A DNA stretch of 64,000 bases, from positions 2,994-66,993 of the forward strand of contig JBMOIO010000004.1 in assembly GCA_049317285.1 (NCBI GenBank), written 5' to 3'. Of the stretch, positions 18,781 through 27,677 are shown one piece after another. This stretch comes from Minisyncoccia bacterium. Lineage in GTDB: Bacteria > Patescibacteriota > Minisyncoccia > Phycocordibacterales > UBA9973. The notes beneath the pieces are model-generated. The model was given only the letters and a program-made list of their open reading frames with translations, had not been told where the DNA came from and did no database searches. Every line of letters starts with the position of its first letter. Position 1 is the first letter of the stretch. Position numbers and translations under genes: made by a program.

Positions 18781-20460
18781 ATGGCAAAGAAAATTCTCCA
18801 CGGGCTTGAGGCCCAAGAAGCGCTCACAAAAGGACTGAATACTGTTGCGGATGCAGTGCGCATCACGCTTGGTCCTCGCGGGCGAAATGTTGTATTCGAC
18901 AAAGGGTACGGCGCGCCCATGATCACCAACGATGGCGTTTCTATTGCGCGCGAGATTACGCTTCTCGACAAGTTTGAAAACATGGGAGCGGAGATCATCA
19001 AAGAGGTCGCGAGCAAGACCAATGATACAGCAGGAGACGGCACAACAACTTCAGTTGTGCTCACCGCCGCAATCGCCACCGAAGGGGTCAAGCGTATCGG
19101 TACTGGTGCAAATGGCTTGGTACTGCGCCAAGGCATTGAAGCTGCAGCCGCAGATGTCGTCACCGCCCTTCGCGCGCTTGCACGCCCGGTGAAAAATAAA
19201 GAAGAGATTAAACAGGTTGCAACTATCTCGGCTGAGAGCGAAGAGATCGGAAGCATCATCGCAAGCACTATCGACAAGGTGGGGACAGACGGAGTGGTGA
19301 CAGTGGAGGAGTCCCAAGTGTTTGGGGTCACGAGCGAAGTGGTAGAGGGGATGGAGTTCGACAAAGGTTTTGTCTCGCACTACATGATCAACAATGCCGA
19401 GCGCGGAGAGGCGAGTTATATGAATGTCCCCGTATTGGTGACCGACAAAAAGATTTCTGCTATCAAAGACGTTTTACCACTACTGGAGAAGCTCGCAGCC
19501 GCGGGGAAAAAAGAGCTGGTGATCATCGCGGACGATATCGACGGCGAAGCGCTCACCACATTTGTATTAAACAAAATCCGCGGCATTTTTAATATCTTAG
19601 CAATCAAGGCTCCTGGGTTTGGCGATAGGAAGGCGGGCGAGCTTGCCGACATTGCAGCACTAGTAGGCGCGACTGTTGTCACCGACGCGCTTGGCATTGC
19701 TCTTGAAACTGCAGACACCACAGTTCTTGGAAAGGCGGGCAAAGTCATTTCAACAAAAGAGAAAACAGTGATAGTGGACGGCAAAGGAAAAAAGAGCGCC
19801 ATCAAGGAGCGAGTTGACGCTATCAAAGGTGAACTTAGTCAGGTGGGCGGGAGCAAGCTCGACAAGTTCACGCGCGAGCATTTGGAGAAGCGCATTGCAA
19901 AATTAACGAGCGGGGTCGCAGTTATCCGCGTAGGGGCAGCGACTGAAACAGAGATGAAGTATTTGAAGCTCAAGATTGAAGACGCAGTCAACGCAACCAA
20001 AGCCGCAATCGAAGAGGGAATAGTACCAGGAGGCGGAGTTGCTCTTGCAAAAGTTTCAGGCACAGTGACGAGCGCGATGATAAAGAGTGCGCGATACAAA
20101 AAGTCCACAACCGATAAAGGCGAGAGCGAATTCATGGCAGGCTACATGGCGCTCACCGACGCACTCACCGCACCGCTTCGACAAATAGCGCACAATGCAG
20201 GGCACGCAGATCCGGGGCTTGTCGTAGATGCCGTGCAGAAGTCCGAAAATGCATTTGGCTATGACGCCAGTGCTGACAGTATAGGCGGCGACTTTGTATT
20301 GGTGGACATGATGAAAAAGGGGATCATCGACCCGGTCAAAGTGACCCGCACCGCGCTACAAAATGCAGCCTCCGCCGCCGGCATCCTTTTAACAACCGAC
20401 GTCGCCATCGCCGACGACCCCGATGCTCCAAAGCCAGAGCAACCGCAAGGGGGGTATTAA
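18781..20460 (+). CDS. groEL: chaperonin GroEL
   Basis: MAKKILHGLEAQEALTKGLNTVADAVRITLGPRGRNVV...; 559 aa. Confidence 0.95.
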   Translation: MAKKILHGLEAQEALTKGLNTVADAVRITLGPRGRNVVFDKGYGAPMITNDGVSIAREITLLDKFENMGAEIIKEVASKTNDTAGDGTTTSVVLTAAIATEGVKRIGTGANGLVLRQGIEAAAADVVTALRALARPVKNKEEIKQVATISAESEEIGSIIASTIDKVGTDGVVTVEESQVFGVTSEVVEGMEFDKGFVSHYMINNAERGEASYMNVPVLVTDKKISAIKDVLPLLEKLAAAGKKELVIIADDIDGEALTTFVLNKIRGIFNILAIKAPGFGDRKAGELADIAALVGATVVTDALGIALETADTTVLGKAGKVISTKEKTVIVDGKGKKSAIKERVDAIKGELSQVGGSKLDKFTREHLEKRIAKLTSGVAVIRVGAATETEMKYLKLKIEDAVNATKAAIEEGIVPGGGVALAKVSGTVTSAMIKSARYKKSTTDKGESEFMAGYMALTDALTAPLRQIAHNAGHADPGLVVDAVQKSENAFGYDASADSIGGDFVLVDMMKKGIIDPVKVTRTALQNAASAAGILLTTDVAIADDPDAPKPEQPQGGY

Positions 20461-20471
20461 GAGCAAAAGAA

Positions 20472-20496
20472 AAAAGCAGTCACATGACTGCTTTTT
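20472..20496 (+). terminator. rho-independent terminator after groEL
   Basis: AAAAGCAGTCAcatGACTGCTTTTT. Confidence 0.55.
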
Positions 20497-20511
20497 GAAT
20501 TATTTTTTTTC

Positions 20512-21012
20512 TTATAGGTATAGCGCAAATGTCACCATCCTATTTTTATCTGTTACCTCAGCGACTTCAGAAAGAAATTCCTCCTCATCAATAATATAGA
20601 CACCTTTTTCTTGGTCGATTTGATCTATCGTATTGATTGCGACGACGGTATCTGTCAGACATACGGTAAAGATTTCCATATTGCACTTCTCGAACCATTC
20701 GTAGTCTGATCCAAAGATGAGAGGAGACATGAATCGATGCCTGTTTTTCTGAATAAAGGCAGGAACTTCTTCACAGCTAACTCTGTATAATTTCACTGAG
20801 GGCTTAACACCAAATGTTTCTTTGCGAAGTAGTAATAGTACTGTCCCCGTAAAGCTTTTTGTCAGGCTTGCCAGTGGTGAGAATATGCTATGAATTATTT
20901 GCAAATCATCCATAAGACGACCCCGCCTTTCCTCATCCGGAGTAGCTAAGATGTCTGCCATGGGTACTCGAAGTATCTTTTCCATTGTTAAAATGTTTGT
21001 TTGGAAAAACAA
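20512..21012 (-). CDS. hypothetical protein in an AT-rich block (possible remnant of acquired DNA)
   Basis: 166 aa; GC is clearly lower than the flanks; no motif recognised; adjacent to the methyltransferase fragment. Confidence 0.35.
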   Translation of the reverse strand: MFFQTNILTMEKILRVPMADILATPDEERRGRLMDDLQIIHSIFSPLASLTKSFTGTVLLLLRKETFGVKPSVKLYRVSCEEVPAFIQKNRHRFMSPLIFGSDYEWFEKCNMEIFTVCLTDTVVAINTIDQIDQEKGVYIIDEEEFLSEVAEVTDKNRMVTFALYL

Positions 21013-21128
21013 TACATATAAAAATATAAAATGTCAATGACTATAGGGTATTAATACTAATAAAACCACCTGAAAGGGCGGTTTTTGGTATATTGAAAAA
21101 AGCCTGAATTTATGGGATAGTTTAGAAT

Positions 21129-21368
21129 ATGGAAAAAGAGCGGGCCCTTTTATTGAAGATTTCAGAATTAGAAGCTGAAATAAAAAAACTCAAGAAACAA
21201 AAGAAATATGGCTTGGTTTGGGAAGATAAACTTGAACAAATTGTAGAAGATTGTAAACACAATGTTCCTATCTTGCGTCTTAAGGAAAAGAAGAAAGATA
21301 TTGAGCCTATCATCATTACTGATGAGTCAAAAGACCACAATATTCTGATTGAGGGAGATAATTATCGA
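21129..21368 (+). pseudogene. N-terminal fragment of an N6-adenine DNA methyltransferase (type III Mod / type IIG-like), truncated
   Basis: MEKERALLLK...YGLVWEDKLEQIVEDCKHNVPIL...HNILIEGDNY matches the conserved N-terminus of Mod-like MTases (YGLVWEDK ... LIEGDNL). The ORF then runs out of frame into sppA sequence, with no DPPY catalytic region. Confidence 0.5.
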
Positions 21369-22092
21369 GGACGGAGATTCCGGGCGCGAACGCGCGTGCA
21401 ATGTGCAGGGCATTGCTCTGTATGGAGAGCTCTACACCTATATCCCGGTTGAAGGCTCGGCCGATGATGCAGAGGAATACCACGCTCAGTACGGCGACGC
21501 TGTTTCAAGCGACAATATTGTCGATATGTTGCGATATGCCGAAGATGATGACTCTATCAAGGCGATTCTTATTGAAGTGGACTCAGGCGGTGGCTCACCA
21601 GTGGCCGGAGAAGAGGTGGCAAGCGCTATCGCGGGGCTCACAAAGCCCGTGGTTGCGGTTATCCGCCAAAGCGGTATGTCTGCCGCGTATTGGGCGGTGA
21701 GCAGTGCGGACATGGTATTTGCTTCACGCAACTCGGATGTGGGAAGTATCGGGGTGACTGCGTCATACATTGAAATGATAGACCAGAGCGGGCGCTATAT
21801 TGATCTCTCAAGCGGAAAGTTCAAAGACACCGGAAGTTCCGAGAAGCCGCTCAGTGAAGAAGAGCGCACGCTTCTCATGCGAGACATAAAAATCGTCCAC
21901 GAAAACTTTATTGAAGACATTGCGAAATACAGAGACCTTGCACTTGAACAGGTCAAAGCGATAGCCGACGGCTCAAGCGTGCTCGGCGACCGCGCAAAGG
22001 AACTCGGCCTGATTGATGAAATCGGCAACAGTACTTCTGCACAAACATTCATCGAAGAGTATATCGAAGAAGACGCGGAAGTCTGTTGGTAG
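21349..22092 (+). CDS. signal peptide peptidase SppA-like (S49 family), apparently lacking the usual N-terminal TM segment
   Basis: SGGGSPVAGEE and SGMSAAYWAVSSADMVFA (Ser nucleophile region) and SGKFKDTGS (Lys region); the listed ORF starts inside the conserved domain, directly after the MTase fragment. Confidence 0.6.
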   Translation: MREIIIEDGDSGRERACNVQGIALYGELYTYIPVEGSADDAEEYHAQYGDAVSSDNIVDMLRYAEDDDSIKAILIEVDSGGGSPVAGEEVASAIAGLTKPVVAVIRQSGMSAAYWAVSSADMVFASRNSDVGSIGVTASYIEMIDQSGRYIDLSSGKFKDTGSSEKPLSEEERTLLMRDIKIVHENFIEDIAKYRDLALEQVKAIADGSSVLGDRAKELGLIDEIGNSTSAQTFIEEYIEEDAEVCW

Positions 22093-22139
22093 GTAGTTGT
22101 AATATTAGGGGACTTTGCTATAGTCCCATAAATTGCTTC

Positions 22140-22392
22140 AAAGGCCACGAGGTAGTTTGATCGTTCTTTTCTATAGTGAAATTATGAAGGCTGCAGTGGG
22201 CCTGAGCGCATGAGGCGCGATACAACCTGCAATTGCTGAAATAGTGCCGACGCTAATCGGGCATATCAGTGTTGCCCCCAAGTACTGGCGAGGGAAAAGG
22301 GGCAGCGGTGTTTTAGGGAAACCGAGTCTGAATAGGGCGAATAGAGGAACACTGTAGAGCCATACCGCGTAAGTGCGTGTATGGCTTTTTTA
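22140..22392 (+). ncRNA. candidate structured ncRNA of unknown identity ending in a strong intrinsic terminator
   Basis: A roughly 440 nt noncoding gap; local hairpins (GGCCAC...GTGGGCC; GCGCatgagGCGC; CCGAcgctaaTCGG); terminator GCCATACC-GCGTAAGTGCG-TGTATGGC plus TTTTTT at 22359..22392. No RNase P, tmRNA or SRP consensus could be confirmed. Confidence 0.25.
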
Positions 22393-22499
22393 TTTCCACG
22401 GAGTACACTAAAGAGGAGTTAATAATTCACCAATACCGGTCGTAGTCTCCAAGTGGGACTGCGACTCTTTTTTATACTTCATACAGATATATAGCTGTA

Positions 22500-22528
22500 T
22501 TGACATTGTATATACATTGTATATACTA
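22500..22528 (+). promoter_or_regulatory. sigma70-like promoter with direct-repeat operator driving the dinJ-like gene (leaderless)
   Basis: TTGACA, a 17-nt spacer and TATACT 5 nt before the ATG; ACATTGTATATA occurs twice in tandem across the spacer. Confidence 0.45.
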
Positions 22529-22533
22529 GATAT

Positions 22534-22785
22534 ATGACTACTCTAAACGTGCGAATTGAAGAAGCGACAAAGGCAAAGGCCGCAAAGGTCTTTGAAAAAA
22601 TGGGTCTTGATATGTCGAGTGCAGTCAAGCTTTTTCTGCATCAGGTAGTGAAAGAAAACGGCCTTCCTTTCACTCCTACCAATAACCCAGCCCTGATTCG
22701 CGCCCGCTGGGACAAGCAGGTTGCTGCTGCTCGAAAGAGCGGTACGGCATATGCCACTGGCAAGGAGGCACTGGCGGATTGTTGA
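22534..22785 (+). CDS. DinJ/RelB-family type II antitoxin (orphan; no intact toxin gene downstream)
   Basis: MTTLNVRIEEATKAKAAKVFEKMGLDMSSAVKLFLHQVVKENGLPF is a classic DinJ N-terminus. Only about 135 nt separate it from the next gene, and they hold a 25-codon reading frame (LKTSSCWYWWILEHIRTYF...). Confidence 0.7.
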   Translation: MTTLNVRIEEATKAKAAKVFEKMGLDMSSAVKLFLHQVVKENGLPFTPTNNPALIRARWDKQVAAARKSGTAYATGKEALADC

Positions 22786-22923
22786 AGACGAGCTCGTGTT
22801 GGTATTGGTGGATATTGGAACACATTCGTACTTATTTTAACGAAACCCGCACTGCTTGACTTTTTATACATACCATGCTGTAATAGCGGTAATTAAAGAA
22901 TCGTTCATTTAAACAAAAAACAT

Positions 22924-23379
22924 ATGGCAAACGGAACACCATCAAAGGGGTTTTGGAGATTTATTATCATTTCAACCCTTGTATCCTTAATGGTGCTATT
23001 ACTAATCGCGGTTATAGTTCAGTGGCGACAAAAGAAAACTAACACCGGAGAACTAAAAGCGCTTCAAATCGAAACAAAGAGCCTTAAAAAGAAAGTACAA
23101 ACTCTTGAAAAAGGAAATGCTGAAGAAGAAAAAAAGACTGATGAAGCACTCGCTGAAGTAGATCGCCTCAAGGAATACCAAGTGACGCTTCTCGACTCGA
23201 TCCAGAAGCTACAACCAAAGCCGGACGATAAACCGGATCCTAAAAAGGATGAAAAGAAAGTAGCTACTACTGGTACTGGACGAAGAAAACCGGGCAACAG
23301 TAGTAACTGCAACTGCCCGCCTGTCACTCGAGCAAACACTCAAACGGCTTGGGCGAAGTATGGAATCCCTACACCGTAA
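22924..23379 (+). CDS. hypothetical membrane-anchored coiled-coil protein
   Basis: N-terminal TM, then a heptad-like charged region and a Pro/Asp/Lys-rich stretch. Confidence 0.45.
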   Translation: MANGTPSKGFWRFIIISTLVSLMVLLLIAVIVQWRQKKTNTGELKALQIETKSLKKKVQTLEKGNAEEEKKTDEALAEVDRLKEYQVTLLDSIQKLQPKPDDKPDPKKDEKKVATTGTGRRKPGNSSNCNCPPVTRANTQTAWAKYGIPTP

Positions 23380-23380
23380 A

Positions 23381-23413
23381 CAAAAACCCTCTTATTTAAA
23401 GAGGGTTTTTTTA
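23381..23413. terminator. bidirectional rho-independent terminator
   Basis: AAAAACCCTCTTatttaaAGAGGGTTTTTTT between convergent genes. Confidence 0.65.
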
Positions 23414-24436
23414 TTGCGATAATTGCTCTATGAGTTGTTTGCCGCGCTCGAGTGGGTCTAGTGTCGGCGTGCCGTTTTGGGTGAGGATGACGGAGGTGAA
23501 GGTGTGGCTCGGCGCGTGGTCATACGCAAAACGGTCTGATAGCGGAGTGGTGAAAATACCAGAGAGGCCGAGCGTGCCGGAGGTGATAAGCCTGCCGTTG
23601 CCGCCGACGAAATTCCCCAGAGAGTACGCGACTTTCTTTCCTTTATACGTTTCGATTTTGCGCAACACATGCGGGCCTGAACCCAAGACTAAGTCTGCAC
23701 CTGCATCAATGGCGGTATATGCAACCAGCTGGACATTGCCGCGGTCTTCGGTGCCCATGTATTCGTTTACTCCTGGCACAGCAGTCTTGTCCGAACCTTC
23801 GTTTCCGCCGTGGAAAATGACGATGACAAAATCATGTTCTTGTTTTAATTGCGCCACTCTTTCTTTTATAAAATCATAGTCGGTGATGGTGCGCATCGGC
23901 TTGGTGCTCGAAAGGCCGAGGATGCCGATACGCTTTCCTTTTACAATAATACTCGCAGTCGGCTTGTCGGGCGAAATATAGGGGATGCCCACAGCATCAA
24001 GGACGGCAGTCGTGTCTTTCAAACCCATATCGCCGTAATCATATGAGTGGTTGTTGACCAAGCTCACAAAATCAAAGCCCGAAGTTTTAAGCGCGCTCGC
24101 AAATGAGGGGTCTCCGCGAAATGCATGACAGCGCGAAAGCAAATAGATGCATTTACTTCCGCGATCTTCATTTGCAAAGGTCCCTTCGAGGTTGCCGATC
24201 ATGAGGTCAGGCTCGGCCAATGCAGGGGAAACAAAGGAAAGGACGGTGTGGTTGTAGGTGGCGTCCAGGCTCGGCACCATGTCGCCGACCCACCCCACAG
24301 TGATGTCGTTTGGATACTGCTGACTATTTTTTATGCGGGCGCCGGTGCCTGGAGTGAGCGGGTACGCAAAAGAGAACACAATCGTGCTCACTCCGAGAGC
24401 TATAACAACTAAAAGGAGGCGCCAGAACATTTTCAC
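23411..24436 (-). CDS. CapA/PgsA-family (poly-gamma-glutamate capsule biosynthesis-like) metallophosphatase-fold protein
   Basis: Signal/TM; NLEGTF, FHGGNEG (HWG-type) and GSGPHV motifs typical of PGA_cap. Confidence 0.65.
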   Translation of the reverse strand: MKMFWRLLLVVIALGVSTIVFSFAYPLTPGTGARIKNSQQYPNDITVGWVGDMVPSLDATYNHTVLSFVSPALAEPDLMIGNLEGTFANEDRGSKCIYLLSRCHAFRGDPSFASALKTSGFDFVSLVNNHSYDYGDMGLKDTTAVLDAVGIPYISPDKPTASIIVKGKRIGILGLSSTKPMRTITDYDFIKERVAQLKQEHDFVIVIFHGGNEGSDKTAVPGVNEYMGTEDRGNVQLVAYTAIDAGADLVLGSGPHVLRKIETYKGKKVAYSLGNFVGGNGRLITSGTLGLSGIFTTPLSDRFAYDHAPSHTFTSVILTQNGTPTLDPLERGKQLIEQLSQ

Positions 24437-24445
24437 AGTATTGTA

Positions 24446-26407
24446 TTAGACTAGTGCGTAATCGATAAGGCGCTTTGCAAGGTCGGTTGAAACAACCTTG
24501 AAGCGGACAGAATCCCCAATGCGGAATTCTTTGCGAGTCTTTCGGCCGATAAGGGCGAGCTCGCGCTCTGAGTATTCGAAGAAGTCGTTGCCGATGTCGC
24601 GCATGCGCACCATGCCTTCGCAGCGTGTCGTCTTTTCTTCGACGAACATACCGTTTTGAGATACACCGGTGACAGTGCCGTCAAATAGCTGACCAATGCG
24701 GGTGGACATGTACTCGGTCTGCTTGTATTTGATACTTGCGCGCTCTGCATCAGACGCTTCTTTTTCGCGCATGGAAGAATGAGCCGACATTTTGTCGTAG
24801 TAGTCCCACGTGTCTTTTGAAATGGTCTTATTTTGCAAATACTCGTGAACCAATCGGTGCACCATAAGGTCGGGGTAGCGGCGGATAGGAGAGGTGAAGT
24901 GCGTGTAGTATTCAAATGCCAGGCCGTAGTGGCCGATATTTTTGGTCGAATAAATTGCCTTTGCCATGCTTCGCACGATTGCAGTCTGGATGGTCTCGCG
25001 CTCAGGTTTGCCCTCAAGCGAGAGCACAAGCTCGTTTAATTCTTTCGACGGGATCACGCCGTGCTCGTCCGCGGTGACTTTGTATCCAAGGCGCTTGAGG
25101 AAGAGCATCAGCGTTTCTGCGCGCTCAGGGTCCGGTGTGTCGTGGATGCGGTACACAAACACTTCGTCTGCGTGTTTGTCGCGGGTCGCAACAAACTCTG
25201 CAACCTTGCGGTTTGCCAAGAGCATCAATTCCTCGATCATGTGGTGTGTTGGTCCGCGTTCTTTTGTATAGACGCCGATAGGGACGCCGGCTTCATCGAG
25301 CTTGAACTTCACTTCTGTTGTTTCAAGAGAGATTGCGCCGTTGACGAATCGCTCGCGCTCGAGAAACTGTGCCACTGCAAGTGAAGCTTCGAGCTCTTTC
25401 AAGTACGGTCCTTCTTTGTCATCCAATACTTTCTGTGCGGCTTCGTAGCTGAAGCGATAGTCAGAGTGAATCACTGTTTTGCCAAACCATTCGCTGACGA
25501 TTTCCATGTTGGGCCGGAACACAAATACCGCAGAGAAAGTGAGGCGGTCGACGTTTGGCATCAATGAGCAGAGATTGTTTGAGAGGACTTCGGGGAGCAT
25601 GGGGATAGTGCGGTCTACGAGGTACACGCTTGTTGCACGCTCGGATGCTTCTTTATCAATAGCCATCCCTGGGCGCACATAGTGCGACACGTCAGCAATG
25701 TGAATGCCGATTTCGGTGTTGCCATCCTCGAGGAATTTTACAGAAATAGCGTCATCAAAGTCTTTTGCGTCTTCTGGGTCGATAGTAAAGGTGACAGTGC
25801 CGCGGAAGTCTCGGCGGGTAGCCTTTTCTTCTTCAGTAATCCCATGTTCGGCAATATCGTGCGCTTCCTTTAATACTTCGGCCGGGTAGTCGTCGCTAAA
25901 TCCTTTTTCAAGAGCGAGTGAGAGCATTTCTGCATTGTTCTCAAGCGGGCGACCCAAAACGCGAGTGATTTCACCTGTTGGTTCACCCTGTGGGTTTTCC
26001 CAGTCGCTGATACGGCAAAATACTTTGTCGCCTTGTGCGGCGCCTCCGAGCTTGTCCCCGGGAATAGTGATAGCGGTATACATGCGCCCGTCATTGGTGA
26101 CGATGCAGTGGTTGCCGTTTTCAAATGAAAGGGTTCCGGAATATCCCACCTTTGCGCGCTTGACGATGTCGAGGACCTTTCCTTGCGGGTTAGGGCTCAC
26201 ACTATTAGGAGTGGGAAGGGAAGTCACTTCGACTTTTACGGTGTCGTAGTGGAATGCGCGGTTGAGGGCCTCACGAGGCACTTCTATAGTAAGGCCGAGG
26301 TCGCGGACTTTGACGTAGCCGACTCCTTTGGTCGAAATATTGATCGGGCCTTCGAATTGCGCGCCTGCGGCAAGAGAATGGATACTAGGTGAGTTTTGCA
26401 TGCCCAT
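24446..26407 (-). CDS. rnr: ribonuclease R (RNB family, with S1 domain)
   Basis: 653 aa; cold-shock-like N-terminus, an RNB catalytic core around FTIDPEDAKDFDDAISV, C-terminal S1 (GTVTGVSQNGMFVE). Confidence 0.85.
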   Translation of the reverse strand: MGMQNSPSIHSLAAGAQFEGPINISTKGVGYVKVRDLGLTIEVPREALNRAFHYDTVKVEVTSLPTPNSVSPNPQGKVLDIVKRAKVGYSGTLSFENGNHCIVTNDGRMYTAITIPGDKLGGAAQGDKVFCRISDWENPQGEPTGEITRVLGRPLENNAEMLSLALEKGFSDDYPAEVLKEAHDIAEHGITEEEKATRRDFRGTVTFTIDPEDAKDFDDAISVKFLEDGNTEIGIHIADVSHYVRPGMAIDKEASERATSVYLVDRTIPMLPEVLSNNLCSLMPNVDRLTFSAVFVFRPNMEIVSEWFGKTVIHSDYRFSYEAAQKVLDDKEGPYLKELEASLAVAQFLERERFVNGAISLETTEVKFKLDEAGVPIGVYTKERGPTHHMIEELMLLANRKVAEFVATRDKHADEVFVYRIHDTPDPERAETLMLFLKRLGYKVTADEHGVIPSKELNELVLSLEGKPERETIQTAIVRSMAKAIYSTKNIGHYGLAFEYYTHFTSPIRRYPDLMVHRLVHEYLQNKTISKDTWDYYDKMSAHSSMREKEASDAERASIKYKQTEYMSTRIGQLFDGTVTGVSQNGMFVEEKTTRCEGMVRMRDIGNDFFEYSERELALIGRKTRKEFRIGDSVRFKVVSTDLAKRLIDYALV

Positions 26408-26505
26408 ACTTTACCACAGCAAAGGGGTAAAGGCGAGAAATCTATTGACTATTTTGGCTTGCGTAGTACTATTATGCAAAACAAATTTAAAACTCAAAAT
26501 AAGAT

Positions 26506-26854
26506 GGATGAACCACAAACCCACTATTTTTTCAAAGTAGGACATCATGTTCTTACTAGTAATCTAGGCATTCAGCAAATGTATGGAGAAGGAGAACGTT
26601 TTGCTCTCTATGGCCTTACATGGCTTTGTAAAAATACGGAGGAAACACCGGCAAATCATGTAGTGGCAGTACTTGACGCACTCCCTTCACCAACCTCAAT
26701 AAAGAGGCTTGAAAAAATCCGCAGGACCTATGAAGCTCTTAAAGAGAGAAAATGGTCCGAACTCAAACGCTCTGAAGCGAGGATGCTCATTTCACAGTAT
26801 TTCCCTACACCGAGACCCGTACTTGTTCTCGAGGGAGAGGCAGCGCTCGCCTGA
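26506..26854 (+). CDS. hypothetical protein
   Basis: Listed ORF 26396..26854. A TTGACT-17-TACTAT promoter sits immediately before the first internal ATG, so MDEPQTHYFFKVGHH is the most plausible start; no motif recognised. Confidence 0.35.
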
Positions 26855-26927
26855 ACGCAATAAAACGTTGAACGACCCATATTGGCCGTTTGACGTTTTT
26901 TCTTTTGTCTGCTACCATGACCCCTAC

Positions 26928-27236
26928 ATGTTAAAGATCCGCCTCCAGAGAATTGGACGAAAAAACGAACCGGCATTCCGTATGGTAGTGACCGATTCTA
27001 AAAACGCAGCTCAGAGTGGGAGCTTCCTTGAAATTCTCGGCTCATACACAGTGAAAAGCAACCTCGTAGCCCTCAAAGCCGACCGCATCCTTCACTGGAT
27101 GAAAAACGGTGCACAGGTATCCGACACAGCACACAACATGCTCGTAAAGGAAGGAATCATCGAAGGCAAGAAAAAGAACGTGCTTTCAAAAAAGTCTCCA
27201 ACTGTAAAGCGCAAAGACGCTCCGAAGAAGAAGTAA
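26928..27236 (+). CDS. rpsP: 30S ribosomal protein S16
   Basis: MLKIRLQRIGRKNEPAFRMVVTDSKN... is canonical S16. It sits inside the longer listed ORF 26709..27236 and ends in a basic tail. Confidence 0.85.
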   Translation: MLKIRLQRIGRKNEPAFRMVVTDSKNAAQSGSFLEILGSYTVKSNLVALKADRILHWMKNGAQVSDTAHNMLVKEGIIEGKKKNVLSKKSPTVKRKDAPKKK

Positions 27237-27371
27237 GTTATAAGGTTCATAAAGTTTGTAAAGTTATAAAGCTGAGCATCTGCTTGGCTTTTTACTTTAT
27301 AACTTTCAACTTTTTACTCGCAGGCAATTCTGTTATACTGTGAATATTACTCACTAACAGAATTGCCTGCT

Positions 27372-27677
27372 ATGTCTGATAAAGAATTCCTCGAAATGCT
27401 CGTAAAAGCCCTTGTTGATACACCGGACGAAGTAAAGATAGACCGCTCGGTTGACGAGATGGGAGTACTGCTCACGCTCTCTATTGCACAGTCCGATATG
27501 GGTAAAATCATCGGGCGCTCCGGCAATACCGCTAAAGCAATCCGCACCCTTCTTCGCGTAGTGGGCATGAAAAACAATGCTCGCGTCAACCTGAAAATCA
27601 ATGAACCGGCAGGCTACAAAGGCCAGGCAGATGTCGCCAACCTCGACGACGCAATGGCTGACCTTAAAGATCTCTAA
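27372..27677 (+). CDS. KH-domain RNA-binding protein (YlqC/UPF0109-like)
   Basis: GKIIGRSGNTAKAIRTLL is a GxxG KH motif; conserved position between rpsP and trmD. Confidence 0.7.
   Translation: MSDKEFLEMLVKALVDTPDEVKIDRSVDEMGVLLTLSIAQSDMGKIIGRSGNTAKAIRTLLRVVGMKNNARVNLKINEPAGYKGQADVANLDDAMADLKDL

Noticed and set aside
21129-21452. Treating the 107-aa ORF as an intact small gene
   Set aside because: Only the first roughly 80 residues carry signal (the MTase N-terminal motifs). The remainder is out-of-frame read-through of sppA sequence, so it is called a fragment.
22140-22392. Identification of the candidate ncRNA as SRP RNA, RNase P RNA, tmRNA or 6S RNA
   Set aside because: The GGGAAAAGGGGCAGC stretch superficially resembles the SRP helix-8 GGAA...AGCAGC region, but the required closing base pairs are absent. 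No CR-I/CR-V RNase P blocks are present, and no tmRNA tag-reading frame or CCA end. It is left as unidentified.
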